DNA of 64,000 nucleotides from the human T2T-CHM13v2.0 reference genome, Homo sapiens: assembly GCF_009914755.1 (NCBI RefSeq), contig NC_060932.1. The stretch is one strand, 5' to 3'. Position numbers and translations under genes: made by a program. Shown piece after piece: positions 46,299 through 63,756 of the stretch. The notes below the pieces were generated by a model. That model saw only the letters and a list, made by a program, of their open reading frames with translations. It searched no databases and was not told the DNA's origin. How positions within the stretch are numbered: the stretch's first letter is position 1; every line of letters starts with the position of its first letter.

Positions 46299-46755
46299 TG
46301 TGTTAGTTTCTTGTGGCTGCTATAACAAATTATCACAAACTTGCTAGCTCAAAACAACAGAAATATATTTTATTGCAGTTCTGAAGACCAGAAATCCAAA
46401 GTAAAGGTGTTGGCGGGGCTGTGTTCCCTCCTAAAGTTCTGGGAGAGAATCCTTCCTCCCCTCTTCCAGCTTCTGGTAGCTCCAGGCATTCCTTGGTGTG
46501 GCTGCATCTCTCCAGTTTCTGCCTCCGTGGTCATGTTGCCTCCTCCCCTTCCGTGTGTTTTCTCCTCTGTGTGTCTTATAAGGATTCGGGCGAGGATCTC
46601 TGGACAGCATTTAGGCCCTGCCCAGATAAGCCACAATTGTCTCTTCATCTCAAGATCTTTAATTACATCTTCGAAGACTTTTCCCAAATAAAATCACATC
46701 ACAAGCTCCAATGTTTGACATGAATATTCTTTGGGGGCATTATTTTTTAGCCACT
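46299..46755 (-). mobile_element. MLT1C-type MaLR LTR
   Basis: TGTGTTAGTTTC.TGTGGCTGCTATAACAAATTA...CTTCCAGCTTCTGGTAGCTCCAGGCATTCCTTGG. Confidence 0.8.
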
Positions 46756-47043
46756 CTCCCACTTCTATTATTGCACATATTCATTATTTGGGTAATTATT
46801 TTTGACAACCCTCATCCCCACTGAGAGAGTTCATGGGGGCCATAAGCCTTGTCTGTTTCACTCACTGCTGCTCCCAAAGCACCTAGCACAGTGCCTGGGA
46901 CATAGTAGACATTTAATGATATTTGGTAGGTAAATAAAAATTTATTAATTTCTTATTACATATTAATTTATTGATGAAAATGAGTTTTAATTTTATTGAA
47001 TTAATAACATTTTTATTAATAAAATTAATTTAAAAATTGGTGC

Positions 47044-47160
47044 AAGGAAGGGAGGAAAAAGGGGAGGGGAAAGAAAGAGGGAAGAAAGAACAAAAGCAAG
47101 GAAGGTGGGAAAAGGGAGAGAGAGAGGGAAAAGAAGATAAGGGAAAAGAAGGGAAGAAAA
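47044..47160 (+). repeat. Purine-rich (GA) low-complexity tract
   Basis: Almost pure A/G for about 115 bp. Confidence 0.8.
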
Positions 47161-47987
47161 TATCTCTAACTCTCACTAGAAATTCTGAGATTGGGTTAAA
47201 GGTGAGAAAAACGAGGATGCATTTTAGAAAGCTGAAGGCCACAATTAGCAAGTGATAAAGCTTTTATTTCAACTGAGGTACTAAAAATCCATATAGTCTC
47301 CAATGCAACACAGCCCTAGTTAGATGCCAGGGTTAGGTTAAAGAGAGAGCAATAAGATTCAGAGAAGTGCATGGTTTGCTTGCCTCAAGGAGTTTGCAAT
47401 CTAGTGGGGAAGTTAGCTAGCTAGATATTTCACACACACAATAATGTGGCAAGTGCCAAATAAATAGAGTCTAGATTTTGAAAGGCTTTTAATGCTTTTG
47501 GATTTTATTCTATAAAACAACATTTAGATGAGATTTCCAGGCATAAGCAGTAATATTTAAAATTTGCTATTTTGATAGTAAATAACAGTTTTATAGCTGC
47601 TGTGTAATTTCAAGTACAAATATCTATTATGACTCATGCTAAACTACATTAGCCCATGGGATTATCCTAAGGGGTAAATTATATATTTGGCATAAATCCA
47701 ACCATTGGAAAATACTCACTTGAAAAATGCTCAATTATGTCATTCTTGAAGTGCATTTTATAAATAAATCTGAGTCTTCAAATCAGAATGTTCTTGAATG
47801 TTGACCAGCACCTGTGAATTATATAAGATCAAAACATCATTCAATGTTGAACACTATCTTGAGTGTTCATTCATTCATTCAATCCTTTCATAGGTGTTTA
47901 TTGAGATCCTACTGTGTGTTGTTCTGGGAGCTGGAGGTAAAATTTGAATAAGAATGTAGTCCCTACTTTTAAAGGGCTCATTGTCTA

Positions 47988-48440
47988 TGTTATCCAGATT
48001 CTCCAGAAAGCAGATGTAGGTGACAAAGTAAGGATTTCAGGAGGCTTATTGGAGAGTAAGCCGTGAACGTGAAAGGGTGAGGAAGCGGGATTGGACAAGG
48101 GAATCCTTTATGCCAAAAAGCAGATATGACATCTGTCAAAGGAAAGAGGGAGGAGGCAGGATGAGGAAGAGAGAGCCTCAGACTACAATGCAGATCTGAT
48201 GAAGTCTTAGCTGACCCAAAGATTTCCTGCTAAAGGAGTCCTGAGTTGGCCCTGGTGCCACTGTTATACTCGGTCATTGTCTGGGGCTGCCCAAAAAGAT
48301 CGTGGCCTCAGCTTGAAAGCTGAGGCAGAGCTTGAAGGCATTAACAGCTGGAGGCTGTCAGCTAACTGCACTCCTTGCAGCTAAATAGCCAGTTCTTTCT
48401 TGAAGGGAGATCAAAGCGATGCAACCCCATGGCTGCCACA
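47988..48440. mobile_element. Old ERVL-type LTR relic inserted in an L2
   Basis: TGT...CA-bounded segment interrupting L2-like sequence (47865-48830); family not resolved. Confidence 0.35.
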
Positions 48441-49458
48441 TAGTGTGATCAGGATGAAGGCCAATAAACAGGCAATTTAGGTCCAGTAAGGGTAATGACA
48501 AGGTGCCATGGGAGCTTAACCATGGAGCACCAAACTCCGACTTCGGTACAGGAAAACTTCCAGGAAGATGTAGGGTTTAAGAGGATGCCTGGATTATAAG
48601 TAGGAGTTAGCCAAATGAAGGAGGCAGGGGTAGGCAGAGAGTGTTCAAGGCAGGAGAACATGATGTACAAAGCATTGTGGGAGAGAAAGCATGGCACATT
48701 TGAGAACATAGCAAGACCTGCTGTATGATTTTAGTATCACATTGCAGGGAGGTGATAGCAAGAGACAAAGCTGGAGAAGTACATGGGGGTAAAGAACGGA
48801 GGGCCTTGTCCACCCCATTAAGAAATTCAGGCAGCATAACCACATACAATATGGCCTGTAGATTTGAACACACAAATACCAACAATTTTTCCCCATTAGA
48901 CTTTGTAGAGCATCCTGAAGACCCCATATTCCAATTCTCTGTGTTTAGATACTAGTGATCCATAGGAAAACACAGCTATGTTGCCTATGAGGAAGAATAA
49001 CATTCATTATCACCCATTGCTCGTTTGTCCACTATTTTTATTCAAGGTTACACAGTCCATCTCCCGGTAGGAGAGAAATCACAAGACTCATAGGTTTGGT
49101 TGGAGAGAATGGGAAGCATAGAGCCAAGGAGCTCTCAGAAGCATCAGACCAAGGCAACAGAACAAAAAACTGACGAGCCACACTGGGTTTTGAGTATCAC
49201 AATAGGGCCTGGAAAAGAGCCAAGAATGTTTTTTGCTACTTCTAACTTAGAGGGAAGGATTTTTAAAATGAGCCCTGGGATTTCACTTATATGTTCCTAT
49301 TCTGAGAAAATAATCATAAATTTGAAGATTTATAATGATTATTGAGGACAGTAATGATGGCTAAACTCTAATTGGTGATTGCCATTTCCATGCTAAATGG
49401 TTCACACTTGATTTTATATAATGCTTAGAACAGCCATGTTGTACCTAAGAGGCAGGAA

Positions 49459-49753
49459 CTTTTTTTTTTTTGAGACAGAGTCTCATTCTGTTGCCCAGGC
49501 TGGAGTGCAGTGGCATGATCGTGGCTCACTGAAAACTCCGCCTCCTGGGTTCAAGTGATTCTCATGCCTCAGCCTCCTGAGTAGCTGGGATTACAGGCAC
49601 ACACCACCATACCTGGCTAATTTTTGTATTTTTAGCAGAGATGGGGTTTCACCATGTTGGCCAGGCTGGTCTTGAACTCCTGACTTCATGTGATCCACCC
49701 AGCTCAGCCTCCCAAAATGTTGATATTACAGACGTGAGCCACCACACCCAGCC
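49459..49753 (-). mobile_element. AluS
   Basis: Full dimer; TSD GCAGGAACT. Confidence 0.9.
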
Positions 49754-49792
49754 AGCAGGAACTATTAATTGTTCTCATTTTTCCTAGGATAA

Positions 49793-50088
<296 letters not shown>

Positions 50089-50187
50089 CCTATGAAAAAA
50101 TTAAAGCTAAAAAAGGTTAAAGAACATGTCTAAGGTCACATAGTTAATATGCAAAGAAAGGTTAAACAAAGCATTGTTTTAATTTCA

Positions 50188-50750
<563 letters not shown>

Positions 50751-50939
50751 AACATTATTTTTTAAAATTACAAATGATCTAGAGGGAAACTATTAATTTT
50801 GGGTATGTATATATTCAGAAATATTAAGTAGTTATTAGAAAAAAATGTTTTCAAGTTGTCATTGACATTAACAAATATATATGTTATGATTTTTAGTGAA
50901 AAAAGTGGAAAGTAAAATCGTACAAACATTATGATCTTT

Positions 50940-53880
<2,941 letters not shown>

Positions 53881-53975
53881 TAAATAAGAAGAAATTTTAA
53901 AAATAAACAGCAATCATAAAAAACCTGGAGTGATCATAGCAGGAACCAAAGACAGATTAAGATTTTGAAGTACCA

Positions 53976-54280
53976 GGCCGGGCGTGGTGGCTCACGCCTG
54001 TAATCCTAACACTTTGGGAGGCTGAGGCGGGTGGATCACAAGGTCAGGAGATCGAGACCACCCTGACTAACATGGTGAAACCTCGTCTCTACTAAAAATA
54101 CAAAAAAAATTAGCCAGGTGTGGTGACAGGTGCCTGTAGTCCCAGCTACTCAGGAGGCTGAGGCAGGAGAATGGCATGAACCCGGGAAGCAGAGCTTGCA
54201 GTGAGCTGAGATCACGCCACTGCACTCTAGCCTGGGTGACAGACAGAGACTCTGTCTCAAAAAAAAAGAAAAAAAAAAAA
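53976..54280 (+). mobile_element. AluY
   Basis: Y diagnostics (GGAGATCGAGACCA, GGCATGAACCC, GAGCTTGCAGTG); perfect 17-bp TSD AAGATTTTGAAGTACCA at 53959-53975 and 54281-54297. Confidence 0.93.
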
Positions 54281-54483
54281 AAGATTTTGAAGTACCAAAA
54301 ATCAATGCAAAAGATATAACATGGGGAGCTCTGGGGGAGTGCTGGGAAATCCAAGTGGAGTGCAGACTCTTTGCAATAATGAAATGGAAGCCACCCCAAC
54401 CTTAAGGCATCTGACCTACCATCTTCCTAAAGACCCAAGAGTGAAAAGATTAGATTTAGCACCAACTCAGATATAAAGAGCAT

Positions 54484-54660
54484 GTCCAATTTTGGTCTTT
54501 ACAACTTAGAAGACATATAACAAAGTAGAAAAGGGTTCAGAAAAGAGCAGAAAGATGGCCAAATAATTGGCAAATAGAACCTCTGAAGAAAGGTTAAATG
54601 AGTTTGGGTTGTTTACTCAGAGAAAGAAAGGCCAAAGTTCTACTTAATACTTGTCTTCAA
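54484..54660 (+). mobile_element. L3/CR1 LINE ORF2 3' fragment
   Basis: Frameshifted translation VQFWS...RVQKRA...EERLNEFGLFT matches the CR1 ORF2 C-terminal motif (VQFWSP..VQRRA..YEERL.ELGLFSL). Confidence 0.7.
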
Positions 54661-54796
54661 GAGTTTAAAGTTGGGATCTGACTAGATTCTACATCCCCAG
54701 AACACAGAACTAGCTGCCACCACCCCCACCAAAAAGTAAAACATTTAAGATTTAGGATTGGAATAACAAACTGAGATTCAAAATAGCCAGAATTTT

Positions 54797-55232
54797 GTTT
54801 GGTTTTTCTTTTTCCCTTTCTTTCTTCCTTTCTTTCCTTTCCTTCCTTTCCTTTCCTTTTCCTTCCTTCCTTCCTCCCTCCCTTCCTACCTTCCTTCCTT
54901 CCTTCCTTCCTTCCTTCCTTCCTTCCTTCCTTCCTTCTTCCTTCCTTCTTTTTTGACAGAGTTGTTCTTGTGCCCAGGTTAGAGTGCAATGGTACAAGAT
55001 TGGCTCACTGCAACCTTTGTTCGCCAGTCTCAAACAATCCTCCTGCCTCAGCCTCCTGAGTAGCTGGGACTACAGGCGTGCACCACCAAACCTGGCTAAT
55101 TTTTGCATTTTTTGTAGAGACAGGATTTCACCATGTCGCTCAGGCTGGTCTTGAACTCCTGGGCTCAAGCAGTTCACCCCCCTCGGCCTCCCACAGTGCT
55201 GGGATTACAAGCGTGAGCCACTGTGCCCGGCC
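54797..55232 (-). mobile_element. Alu whose tail has expanded into a ~150-bp (CCTT)n/(CTTT)n tract (54803-54954)
   Basis: Polypyrimidine microsatellite directly followed by the Alu body; TSD-like AGAATTTT on both sides. Confidence 0.88.
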
Positions 55233-55534
55233 AAGAATTTTTTGATTCAGGAGAAATTAAGGTTTGGAAAAGTGCACCACTGGTAGTGGGATTTGTTCCC
55301 AGTGCTTTATGCGACACAAGTACAGCACCATTCATAATCAGAAGTGAATTTTTTAAAATGGTGACTGAAAGTCCATGAAGTGTTACATGATTACTGTGAA
55401 TAGATCCATTTAATTCATGTACATTTGATAAGCTGTGGGCTATGCCAGACATTCCTAACCCCTTGGCTGGCTAAAGAGAGCTGGCAAGGGAAGCCAGAGA
55501 ATCACTGCTCATAAGCATATTTTTCACTTGGTGT

Positions 55535-55935
55535 CTGTGTCAGTTAGTTTTCACTGCATAACAAAACATCCCACAACTCAGTGCCATAAAATAATTATTT
55601 ATTTTTCCTCATGTAGGGTTGGGTGGCTTGGGTTCAGATGGTAGCTGCTGAATTGGCTCTGCATCTTGAGTGTTTGTTGCAGAACCTGGGGAAAGAGGAA
55701 ACAGCTATCTCAAGGAAAGTAGTCCTAATAGGGATGAGTGAAGAGCCAAAGGGCAAGCCCCACTGCACAAGCACATTTGAGCCCTTTGCTCATGTCAAAC
55801 CTACTAGCATCTCATTGGTCAAGCTCAAAGTCAAGGGAAAGGAAAGTACACTCTGTTTTTTGTGAAAGGAACTGCAAAATATACTCAAAGCATGTGGACA
55901 GAGAGGGGTAAAAAAAATGGGGCCAAACGTATAAT
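55535..55935 (-). mobile_element. MLT1 (J-like) LTR relic
   Basis: TGTGTCAGTTAGTTTT..TGCATAACAAA.CATCCC.CAACTCAGTG...CTCATTGGTCAA. Confidence 0.5.
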
Positions 55936-56564
55936 CTATTTCCCTCTGCAAAGAGAGAAAAAGCCAACTTACACAGGTAGCCCAGACTCAAGTGGCTTGG
56001 TATTAAGGTGCCAGTTACGAGACTGGTCCATGCTCCAGGCACATTCTTCTTTGCGTTGGCTGTCTTAAGCTTGATTCCCCTCATTGGCCTTAGAACTGAA
56101 CTTGCCCTTTGATACTGCTTTAGATGGGAGATGACCAGAGGCTACACCATGGGTTGAGGATTACTCTAGGTCAGAGTGGTATCTTTACCTTTCCCCTTCC
56201 TCCATATCCTTCAAAAGCAAAAACCTGTCTACCTTCTTGTTTCTTACAAGAAGTAAGAATCTATCCAGTCATTCTACTTAGAAGCCTGAGCTTCACCCTT
56301 AATTCCTCTTTTTCTTCATCCCGTCATCCAATTTGTTTTAGATCTCTTTACTCTACATCTGAAATGAATTTCTCTCCCAGTGTCTCCACTACCTTCCCCA
56401 TTTAGATCCTCTTTGTCTTTTATTTGGATTGCTGCAGTGACCCTAACTGATCTGCTGTCACTGTCCTTCACCTCCCCAGTCCATCCACTACACTGCAGCC
56501 AATTACCTTTGGAAAGAGCAAACTAGATCATGTCAATGCCTGCTTAAGCAAAAGTCAAAGAATA

Positions 56565-56578
56565 CACACACACAAGTG

Positions 56579-56609
<31 letters not shown>

Positions 56610-56618
56610 ACACATACA
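56565..56618 (+). repeat. Interrupted (CA)n
   Basis: Read directly; lies within an L2 (about 56200-56780). Confidence 0.85.
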
Positions 56619-59600
56619 ATAAAGAATAATGCCAAAATCTTTATCAAGGCACTCAAGGGCCTCCAAAATCTGGCTCCCTTTTCAGCGTCATTTCGTTTCA
56701 CCCCATCTGTCCTCTCATCACACTGGGCTACCTATTCTTTAAACATGCCACCCACTTCAATAGATTCTTGTATTTGTAGCTGATATTCGCTATGCATGGG
56801 ATGCCCTTCCAGACAGCCTCTGTCAGACCAAAATTTCTAATCAAACATCACTCTTCTTTCAGAATTAATCATTCTTTCCTTTGTGTTCCCATGACACGCT
56901 GTTCATACTGTTATCATAACGCAGATCTCACAAAAATGTGCATGTATCGATTACTCAGAGAAGCCCCAGGAAGAAAGAAGAGCATAAATAACTTTCTGCA
57001 CAAAGCAGAAAAGTTTTCAGGAAGCACTTAGCCTGGAAGTTGTTCTTTCTCTTCCTGAGGTCCAGGGTGTTCTATAGAGCTCATACCATTAAATTTTAGT
57101 ATACACCAAGAATCTATATAGCCGTAAGAGGCAGTTCTGCAGAATAGACATTGTGCATCCTATGGCCCAGCACTGCAAACATTTGTGCAATAGAAAATTA
57201 GGAATAATAATAGCATGAGTTAAAGTAAAATATCCAATAAACACTTAAAACCTGAACCTTGAGAGCAGTGACAGAAAAAGAAAATGACAATCCTTTGTAA
57301 CAGTATGCCAGCCTTGGTATAAAAAAGTAAGCAAACAGCCTAGCAAGGGACCAGTTTGGGGCAGCAAATGGATGGAGCAAACAGGCATAAAACCAGGAGA
57401 TAAACTAGAAGAATTAGATCCCACCATGATGGTGACATTCCCTTGGGTGACACTGTTAGCAAGACTGCTCACACTATAATTAAATTTTAGTTACATCTGC
57501 ATATTGGTTATGGCTTCATTATTAAACTTTAATTCTGAATATATATATATGTGTGTGTAATGAATATGCATATATGTATTTATTTGTATCTATTTAGTAT
57601 ATTATATCTAATGTATTATAAAGTGTGGGTTCAATCAAGCTGTTTAATCTTTTTTCTTATTTCTATTAAGTCCTGGGTAGGAAATGCTGTTGCATTTTGC
57701 CAAAGTTAGAACGGACTCAACCCTAAATTAAAATGACAATCGAATGCTCAGAACACACAGACCAGATACATCATTGAAGAACGTGCTCGATGAACAGTGT
57801 TTTTGGGGGGGTGGGCCACATCTAACAATAGTTTATAATACAGTATCTTAAAAGTTCTGTATAGTTTTATTCAGTTATGAGAGGCTCAAGGCAGGAGATC
57901 ATATTGTATCCAGTGTAAAACTCAGCACTGTCTCTGGCATCCCATCTGGTGCCCAATCAGTGCTCACTGATATAAATTGCATGGGCACCAGAAAGATGCC
58001 CACTGATGTAACCTGGACTGTATTGGAAATTGATGTGCTCCAAGGAAGGAGAACGCTAGGGTGCTCCTTGGACAAGAGCCTCAGTGTATTACTGTATTGC
58101 TAAATCAAGTGAATGGAATGCGAGGTGAGGAGGGTGCCTATGGCAAAGATTTCATTACTTTTTCACAACACACCTTAGCACATGTCTAGTCTGTCCAGCT
58201 TCTAGGAGGATGAATAATTAAAAGGAAATGGTATGTGTCCAAATTAGCAGTATCCATGCACACGGAGTTGAATAAGGTGAAGCAGCCTGGAATTTTTTAT
58301 TCTGGTTTTATATTTTTTTGCTTTCTCATTCTTTACTTAATCCACCTAGCTCAGTGAAATTAAGTGTCACAGGCATAGAAGTAAATCCAAGCATTTCTAT
58401 CCAGCATTAAATTCTTTCTGTATCATAAATCATACCTTTTTTCATAATATATAGCATTATTGCATGATTTATTTTCAGTCTTTTGCAATGAATAATCTCA
58501 AAGTCACTATCCTGTTTTAGTTGAAGGCAAGGGAAACTATAAAATGGCACCAAACTCACATGGAATTAGCTGGGGAATCTGCTGTATCTATTATTCCAGC
58601 TTAAGCAGAGGTGCTCTGTAGCTCAGTAACTGCAAAAAGACCCACTGAGAGCAACCCCTTTCATTTCCATGGCACTTTACATGGCAATGATAATACATGA
58701 CAACTCAAGCCAACACAGAACAAAGTATCTGTGGTATAAGATAACATCAGATTGTATCAGTGTGAAAATTTGGCCTAATATTGCTTGCTTGGATCCAAAT
58801 GTCTTGCAGCCAACTTGATTTAAGATGTTAATGCCATTTTCTGTGGGTGGAAGGATGGAGTTGAGATTTTCTTTTGTGTTTCAGTGGAGAAACACTAGAT
58901 ATCAAGGCTCCATGTGGGCCAGATCCTGCATGTTTTGAAAGGGCTCTATGTGTGTACTCATTACTCACCTAACAAAACCTTTGTACTCAGTATGTTTTAA
59001 CTGGCTGAAATACTAGTATATTTACCAATTCTTATATGTCCCAGGATATCCATTTTTAAGTGCATAATTCAATTTAGTAAGTGTTCAACGGGCATCTATT
59101 ATATACTGTGCTAGACATTCATGATAATACAAGGGCAAAGTTATCATATAGAAAAGGGAGAAAAAGCATACAAAATGCTATACAATATGGCAAAATGTTG
59201 GAGGAATATATACAAAATGCTTTGCTAAAGGGTTCTGAGTAGAGTGACATTCCTAGATAGAAGAAAGGAGCAAAGACTCAAACAGCCATTGGTCAGATGC
59301 TCTTTGCAGTTATCAATATTTGACATGAGTAAGTGAATGAATGAATGATGTATTTTGTCAGATAAATTACGCAGGGTCAGTATGATGTTTGCCCTATGGA
59401 AATTAGAAGGGTTGGATATTCAAGACAGAGGAAAAACACAGGCAATAATACACAGCCAGTAAATACACAGCAATACTGGGTTTTGTTGGATTTGAAGAGA
59501 TTTACATAGAGTTGGAGTCACTAAAGTACATTGAAGTCATGCTTTTTTAGAGCTATAAAGTCAAGATGAGAAACTTATATTTAATTCAGGGGTAGCAATC

Positions 59601-60768
59601 AAAACTTGAAAATGGTATGATTTACATAGGGCTTCAGGAAGACGGATGTAGTCTTGCCATGAAGTACATGGCTTTGGACCAGAGAGACCTAGGCACCAAT
59701 CTTAGTGCCACCAGTTATAAATTGAATGGCTCTCTGCGGGTAACTTAATCTCTCCAAGCCTCAGACTCTTCATCAGTAAAATGAAGATAATAAACCCACC
59801 ATGAATATATAAATCCATGGAACACCAATACCAGGATAATGGTTACCTCCAGGGACAGAAGGTCAGGAATGGAATTGGTGAAGTGGGGACAAAGGAGACT
59901 TCAGCTATTGCTGAAGCAAAAATGGCAAAAGGTTAGCATTGTCTGTACTCCATGTGAAAAACATTTATATTATTTTAAACTTCTCTAAATGTTTGAAATT
60001 TTTCATCAATATATATTTTAAAAAGCCTAACTTGTAGTCATGGTTGCTGGACGTACTCTTTATCAAGTGTGATAAAGCCCTGGCACATGGCAGTATCTCA
60101 TAAATAGGAGCTATTTCGTTACTGTTTTTACAATGTTGCAATTAGGGCAGTGAAACAGAAAATAAAGGATGAAAGAGAAGTGGTGGAATAAAATTGTAGG
60201 GCATGGAGGACTTCCACTTATAGCCAAAATAGAATAACAGAGACTGAGTTTGCCTTCTAACTTAAAATCTCCTAAAACATGGACAAAGTATATGAAACAA
60301 AGTTTTTCAGGACTGTGGACATCAGACAATGAAGAGCAGTGTTCCTAGAGAGATAGGAAACAAATTAGGTGAGCCTTATCATTGCTCCAGCTTACTGATT
60401 GAAGACAGTTTCCAGGACTTGGAGCAGGAGAGGGAAGTCAGGTGGATCCCAGTGGTCTCTGTAAGTTGAGGAGACAAGGGTGAGAGTCCAGGGAGGCCAA
60501 GCTTTCAAGCAGCTATAGTTTGCAGGACAGAATATAAGAGAAGTGGGAGCTGCCCAGACAGAGGACTCTAGGAGACAGAGGACTCTAGGAGATCTGTAGA
60601 AGGTACATCTTGCATATTCACCTAAGTAATAATCAGCATATGCACGTAAGGACATTACCTAATGCGAGAAAAACAACCATCCAAAAGGATTAGAGGAAAC
60701 AGCTCTTAAGATTTCACACAAAGCCATGAAGATTGCCTGCTTACACCAGCAAGAACAGAAAATAGTAC

Positions 60769-62041
60769 TGATGGCAGGAGTGGCCTGTCTGGAGCAGCTG
60801 CTGCAAAGACACCAGCTGCAATGGTGGAGGTGCTGCCAGGATGGCAAGTTCCATGGAGCTGGTGGGAGCTGGGGACAGGTGGAAGTCTCCCCTCTTTCTG
60901 AGTTGGAGGGGTAGGACCCCTGCTTTTCCAGGCATAGCTGCAGCAGGCATTGGCCTGCAGGTGCCCCTTTGCACAAACAGCCTGGGCACCATGAATGGAG
61001 GTAGAAAGTGGACAGGCTCCTGGACAGAAAGTGGCAGGTCCCTGGTGAAGCCCACCTTCAAGCCAGGGATAGTCTGAAGCCTGGGGGCTGGGTCTCCAGT
61101 TCTGTGGACCAGAGTGAGAACTTATGGTGCATTTTCCAGGCCTGCCCATGGCTGCCCATGGACCAATCAGCATGCACTTCCTCCCCTCCGGAGCCCATAA
61201 AACCACCAGACTCAGCCAGACTAGGGCAAATGATGGGATGACTTACCTGTGGAGAGGAGCTACCCAGTGTGGGTCTCCTCCCAGTTGAGAGCTGAACAGA
61301 CATTGAGACAACCTGCCTGCAGAAAGGAGCTACCCACTTCAGGTCTCCAGAGAGCTGTACTACAGCTCAATAAAGCACCTCTTTGCCTTGCTCACCCTCC
61401 AGTTGTCCATATACCTCACTCTTCCTGAATGCGGGACAAGAACTCGGGACCTGCTGAATGGTGGGACTGAAAGAGCTGTAACACAAACAGGTCTGAAACA
61501 TGCCCTTTTCCCCACCCCCACTCCACTCACCACATTTCAAGCATGAGAAGGACAGAAGAGAGAAGAGAAGAGGGAAGAACTGTGGCCCTTTGGGGAGCCC
61601 AGACCTAGAAACTCCCTGAGCCAGGGCTATGACATCATCTTTGGGGCTTTGTGTTTCCTGGTGTCTCCAAGCTCCTGGGTGCCACCACATTCCCCAGTGC
61701 GCACAGTGGAAGCTGCTTGTGGTACACCTAGTCCAGTTGCAGCCTTGCAGAGAGCTGGCACCTGTGCCAGTGCCTGGACCTGCCTGCCCCACCACAGCCA
61801 GCGTGCCTGGCTGTGCACAGTGGCCGGACCCCATGCTCACTCTCTAACACACCTCTCACCACTCTTTGTCTGGTTTGCCCTTGGCAAACATGGGATCAGG
61901 GCTGGTAGCATGAGCCAAGTGCAGCCTGCCAGGCTGAGTGAGCAGAATAAGCCCAGTGGGCCCAAGCAAAACTTGGGCAAAGGCGCCAACTGCCACAGAG
62001 GTTTCCAGCTGGCAAAGCAACCCTCCAAGGATCCTGTGACA
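60769..62041 (+). mobile_element. MER52-family ERV1 solo LTR (~1.27 kb)
   Basis: TGATGGCAG...GTCTGGAGCAGCTGCTGC start, CCAATCAGCATGCACTTCCTCCC, AATAAA at 61369, end GATCCTGTGACA. Confidence 0.82.
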
Positions 62042-62143
62042 GTCTAATTCATGAAGCATCAATAAAGTACTCAGAAGGGCTTTATTTCACTAGTGGAGAA
62101 AAATTAATCCTAGATAAAGTGCTTCTCTGATACTATATAACAA

Positions 62144-62462
62144 ATTTTTTCTTTTTTTTTCTTTTTTTTTTTTTTGAGAGGGCGTCTCACTCTTTTCGCC
62201 CAGGCTGCAGCGCAATGGTACGATCTCAGCTCACTGCAACCTCCACCTCCCCTCTGGGTTCAAGCGATTCTCCTGCCTCACTCTCCCAAGTAGCTGGGAT
62301 TACAGGTGCTTGCCACCATGACCGGCTAATTTTTGTATTTTTAGTAGAGACAGGGTTTCACTATGTTGGCCAGGCTGGTCTCGAAATCCTGACTTCAGGT
62401 GATCTGCCCGCCTCAGCCTCCCAAAGTGCTGGGATTACAGGCGTGAGCCACTGCGCCCGGCC
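62144..62462 (-). mobile_element. AluSx/Sq
   Basis: Full dimer; TSD ATAACAAA. Confidence 0.9.
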
Positions 62463-63224
62463 CATAACAAAACTTTACAACAAGACCCAAAATAATCAAA
62501 CTTTTAAATTTCCAAGTAATTTAAATATATTCCAGAACAAATCTCAAAATATTTCTAGGAATGTAAAAATATATAGCATCCAACAAAGTAAAACTCATAA
62601 TATTTAAAGACTAATTTGACAAAAGATATATAATACCTGTACACTGAAAACTATAAAACATTGCTGAAGTTAATTTAAGCAGACTTGAACAAATGGAGAG
62701 ATAGATATACTATGTCCATGGATCTGAAGACTAAATATTTTTAATTTTTTCCAAGTTGTTCTATAGATTCAATGCAATCCCAGTGAAAATCCATAAGACT
62801 TGTAGGGAAATACAATGGACCTATATTAGCCAAATCAATTTTCAAAACGAAAAACAAAATTTATACTATCTGATTTTAAGACTTATCATGAGGTTATAGT
62901 AATCAAGCCAGTGTCATACTTAGGTTAATATAGGGAAATAGATCAATGATACAAAATAGATAATCCAGAAACCAAAGTAGAGAGACCAACACACATATGG
63001 TCAACTGATTTTCCACAAAGTGAGGAAAGAGTTTCATTCAAGTTTCCAACAAATGGTGCCAAAAAATTTACAAATACAAATAAGAAGAAATTTTGGTCTA
63101 CCTTGAGCCATATACAAAAGTTGAGTGAAAATGGATCATAGAGCTAAATGTGAAACATATAAATATGCAACTTATAAAAGAAACATAAGAGAAAAATCTT
63201 TATAACCTTGGATTGGGCAAATAT

Positions 63225-63659
63225 TTCTTTTTTTTAATTTTATTATTATTATACTTTAAGTTTTAGGGTACATGTGCACAACGTGCAGGTTTGTTACATA
63301 TGTATACATGTGCCATGTTGGTGTGCTTCACCCATTAAACTCATCATTTAGCATTAGGTATATCTCCTAATGCTATCCCTGCCCCCGCACCCCACCCCAC
63401 AACAGTCCCCAGTGTGTGATGTTCCCCTTCCTGTGCCCATGTGTTCTCATTGTTCAATTCCCACCTATGAGTGAGAACATGCGGTGTTTGGTTTTTTGTC
63501 CTTGCGATAGTTTGCTGAGAATGATGGTTTCCAGTTTCATCCATGTCCCTGCAAAGGACATGAACTCATCATTTTTTATGGCTGCATAGTATTCCATGGT
63601 GTATATGTGCCACATTTTCTTAATCCAGTCTATTGTTGTTGGACATTTAGGTTGGTTCA
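63225..63659 (-). mobile_element. L1PA 3' end (primate-specific, 5'-truncated)
   Basis: TTATTATACTTTAAGTTTTAGGGTACATGTGCAC; minus translation WIKKMWHIYTMEYYAAIKNDEFMSF...RMFSLIGGN is the ORF2 C-terminus. Confidence 0.92.
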
Positions 63660-63756
63660 AATTATTTCTCATTTATGATACCAAAAGCATGATATATAAA
63701 AGAAGAAAGCGAACTTTATCAATATTATAAACTCTTCTTCAAAAGACACTGCGTGT

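Larger units (their letters stand above)
60205..63750 (+). mobile_element. Old L1M (5' region plus ORF2 3' part) hosting MER52, Alu and L1PA insertions
   Basis: GGACTTCCACT..AGCCAAAAT 5'-end motif; ORF2-like CTATAGATTCAATGCAATCCC, TCAACTGATTTT at 62600-63220. Confidence 0.65.

Noticed and set aside
60659-62062. Cluster of 100-166 aa ORFs
   Set aside because: They lie inside the GC-rich MER52 LTR; no gag, pol or env motifs.
63344-63672. L1 ORF2-like peptide (also at 33389-33712)
   Set aside because: 3' fragments of truncated L1s with no promoter or full ORF; not functional genes.
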